DNA of 64,000 nucleotides from an uncultured cyanobacterium (GTDB lineage Bacteria; Cyanobacteriota; Cyanobacteriia; Cyanobacteriales; CAWCAG01): NCBI GenBank assembly GCA_963793425.1, contig CAWCAG010000005.1, positions 1,120,001 to 1,184,000 of the forward strand, read 5' to 3'. Shown piece by piece: positions 62,442 to 64,000 of this stretch (position 1 is its first letter; each line of letters starts with the position of its first letter). The notes under the pieces were generated by a model. It saw only the letters and a program-made list of their open reading frames with translations, ran no database searches and was not told where the DNA came from. The position numbers and the translations under genes were made by a program.

Positions 62442-64000
62442 TTATTTGCCTAGGGCTGGTTCAGTAGATATTGAAGCAATCGGCACTTCTTCTACTTCAG
62501 ACAACTTCTCTAAAGCCAACCGAGAGGACTGAGTACCACCGGACAAGCGCTTTAAAAGTTTTGGCCGAGGGTCGTGTAGCAAATAAATAATTTCATCACC
62601 TGCTTGCCATTCTTCAGATGCTGTTACTACTTGAAGTTTTCGCTCTCGCTTTAATAGCAAAGGCAAAAGCTCCCCAGAGCGAATTAGAGCTTTAAAATGA
62701 GCTTGTTGAAAAGCAAACCCTTGCTCTTTAAAGACTGTTTTCCCCAGCTTAACCTGTCCGTTATTAAGATACTGATTCCAGGTTTTAATTGGTAACTGAG
62801 CAATAAAAGCTTGATTGATCTTGGTCTTTTTCGTTTTGTTTCCTGGGTTATTGGCTTCTGGATTATGAGGAAATACAGCTAAAACCCGGGGAGGTTGAAA
62901 TTCTTCAGAAGCTCTTTGGGCTAACACCATATTAACTTCACCATTACTAGTGACAGCTAAAAAAGTTCCCATAGATTCAATACCCGCTTCTTCTAGGGCA
63001 TCAGGATCTAAACCACTACTTTGAAATACCGTTAAGTTTTCTGCTTCAGCTTTTTGGCAAGCTTCTGGATCTGTATCAATCAAAACTACAGATTCACCTT
63101 GCTCTTGAAACAAACGACCGATCATACGCCCTAAAGCGTTACAACCAACGATGACTGCCCCAGTTGCTTCAGAAGAATTTATTTGTAACCAATTCGCTAC
63201 CCAGCGTGCTGATAGTCCTTGAACAAATACTGTCATAGTAATAGTTAAAAAAACCAGAGCCTTAATGGAATCTCCTCCATTGACTCCCCTTTGGGTAAGC
63301 AAAATGGCGAATAAAGAGGCTACAGAAGCAGAAACTATTCCCCTAGGGGCAACCCAAGATACAAATAACTTTTGTCGCCAATTCAAGCCACCGTTCCAGG
63401 TACACAGGTGGACGCTAATGGGTCTGACTATTAACATCAGAGAAAGAACAGTAAAGATGCTTCCCCAACCGAGGGCAAAAATACTAGCAATGGAGAGATC
63501 CGCTGCTAAGAGGATAAATAGAACTGATACTCCTAAAACGGTCAACTGACCCTTGAATCTTCTTAACAAACGTTCTTCCGGTACAGAAGAAGCTCTTAAA
63601 ACGATTCCAGCTACTACAGTAGACATCAATCCTGATTCACTACGAATAGTTTGGGAGATACCAAAAAGACCCCAAACTACGGCCAGAACAACTAAATTTT
63701 TTAATTCTTCTGATAAAAAACTAGTGCGTTTGAGGATAAAGCCCAGCCACCACCCCCCTACAGCACCAATGGCTACACCAATACCTAAGCGTAGTGCTAG
63801 ACCACTAGCCACTTGAATTGCTCCAGAGTCGCTGTTTAAAATGGTATCGAGAACGACAACGGCTAGAATTGCCCCCACTGGGTCTATGAGGACACCTTCA
63901 CCCTCTAATAGAGTCGCTACTTGCCGATCAACTTCAACGTGTTTTAGTAAAGGGCTAATCACCGTCGGACCGGTGACAACAATTAAGGAAGCGTAGAGAA
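62442..64000 (-). CDS. CPA1 cation:proton antiporter with TrkA-N/NAD-binding domain (5' end outside the window)
   Basis: VTGPTVI.PLL, LEGEGVLIDP.GA, APRGIVSASVA, VIVGC..LGR. Confidence 0.92.
   Translation of the reverse strand, partial: LYASLIVVTGPTVISPLLKHVEVDRQVATLLEGEGVLIDPVGAILAVVVLDTILNSDSGAIQVASGLALRLGIGVAIGAVGGWWLGFILKRTSFLSEELKNLVVLAVVWGLFGISQTIRSESGLMSTVVAGIVLRASSVPEERLLRRFKGQLTVLGVSVLFILLAADLSIASIFALGWGSIFTVLSLMLIVRPISVHLCTWNGGLNWRQKLFVSWVAPRGIVSASVASLFAILLTQRGVNGGDSIKALVFLTITMTVFVQGLSARWVANWLQINSSEATGAVIVGCNALGRMIGRLFQEQGESVVLIDTDPEACQKAEAENLTVFQSSGLDPDALEEAGIESMGTFLAVTSNGEVNMVLAQRASEEFQPPRVLAVFPHNPEANNPGNKTKKTKINQAFIAQLPIKTWNQYLNNGQVKLGKTVFKEQGFAFQQAHFKALIRSGELLPLLLKRERKLQVVTASEEWQAGDEIIYLLHDPRPKLLKRLSGGTQSSRLALEKLSEVEEVPIASISTEPALGK

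Overview
This is AT-rich cyanobacterial chromosomal DNA: at least 35 HIP1 octamers (GCGATCGC) counted by eye, heptamer tandem repeats, and photosynthesis genes chlP, prk, petH, ftsH2, pmgA and ndhP. The core genes look intact (lysC, ylqF, ddl, minCDE, malQ, prmC, two Tic22 paralogs, tRNA-Pro). Many accessory genes between them are visibly decaying. Main points of interest: (1) an intact, stand-alone Mx162-like retron-type reverse transcriptase with no recognisable effector or msr-msd beside it; (2) a Type ISP/IIG-like restriction-modification gene split at its inter-domain linker by a DUF2281 + DUF433/PIN toxin-antitoxin cassette; (3) an intact TnpB-only IS200/IS605 element inserted into the pmgA leader, where it separates the arms of a hairpin next to the RBS; (4) a cluster of two RlaP-like nucleotidyltransferases, a PatX-like secreted peptide and a phosphorothioation-associated methyltransferase with a duplicated domain; (5) a deleted PARIS-like AAA/DUF4435 pair and an HstK-type kinase carrying four internal deletions. 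All family assignments come from recognising motifs by eye; no searches were run.
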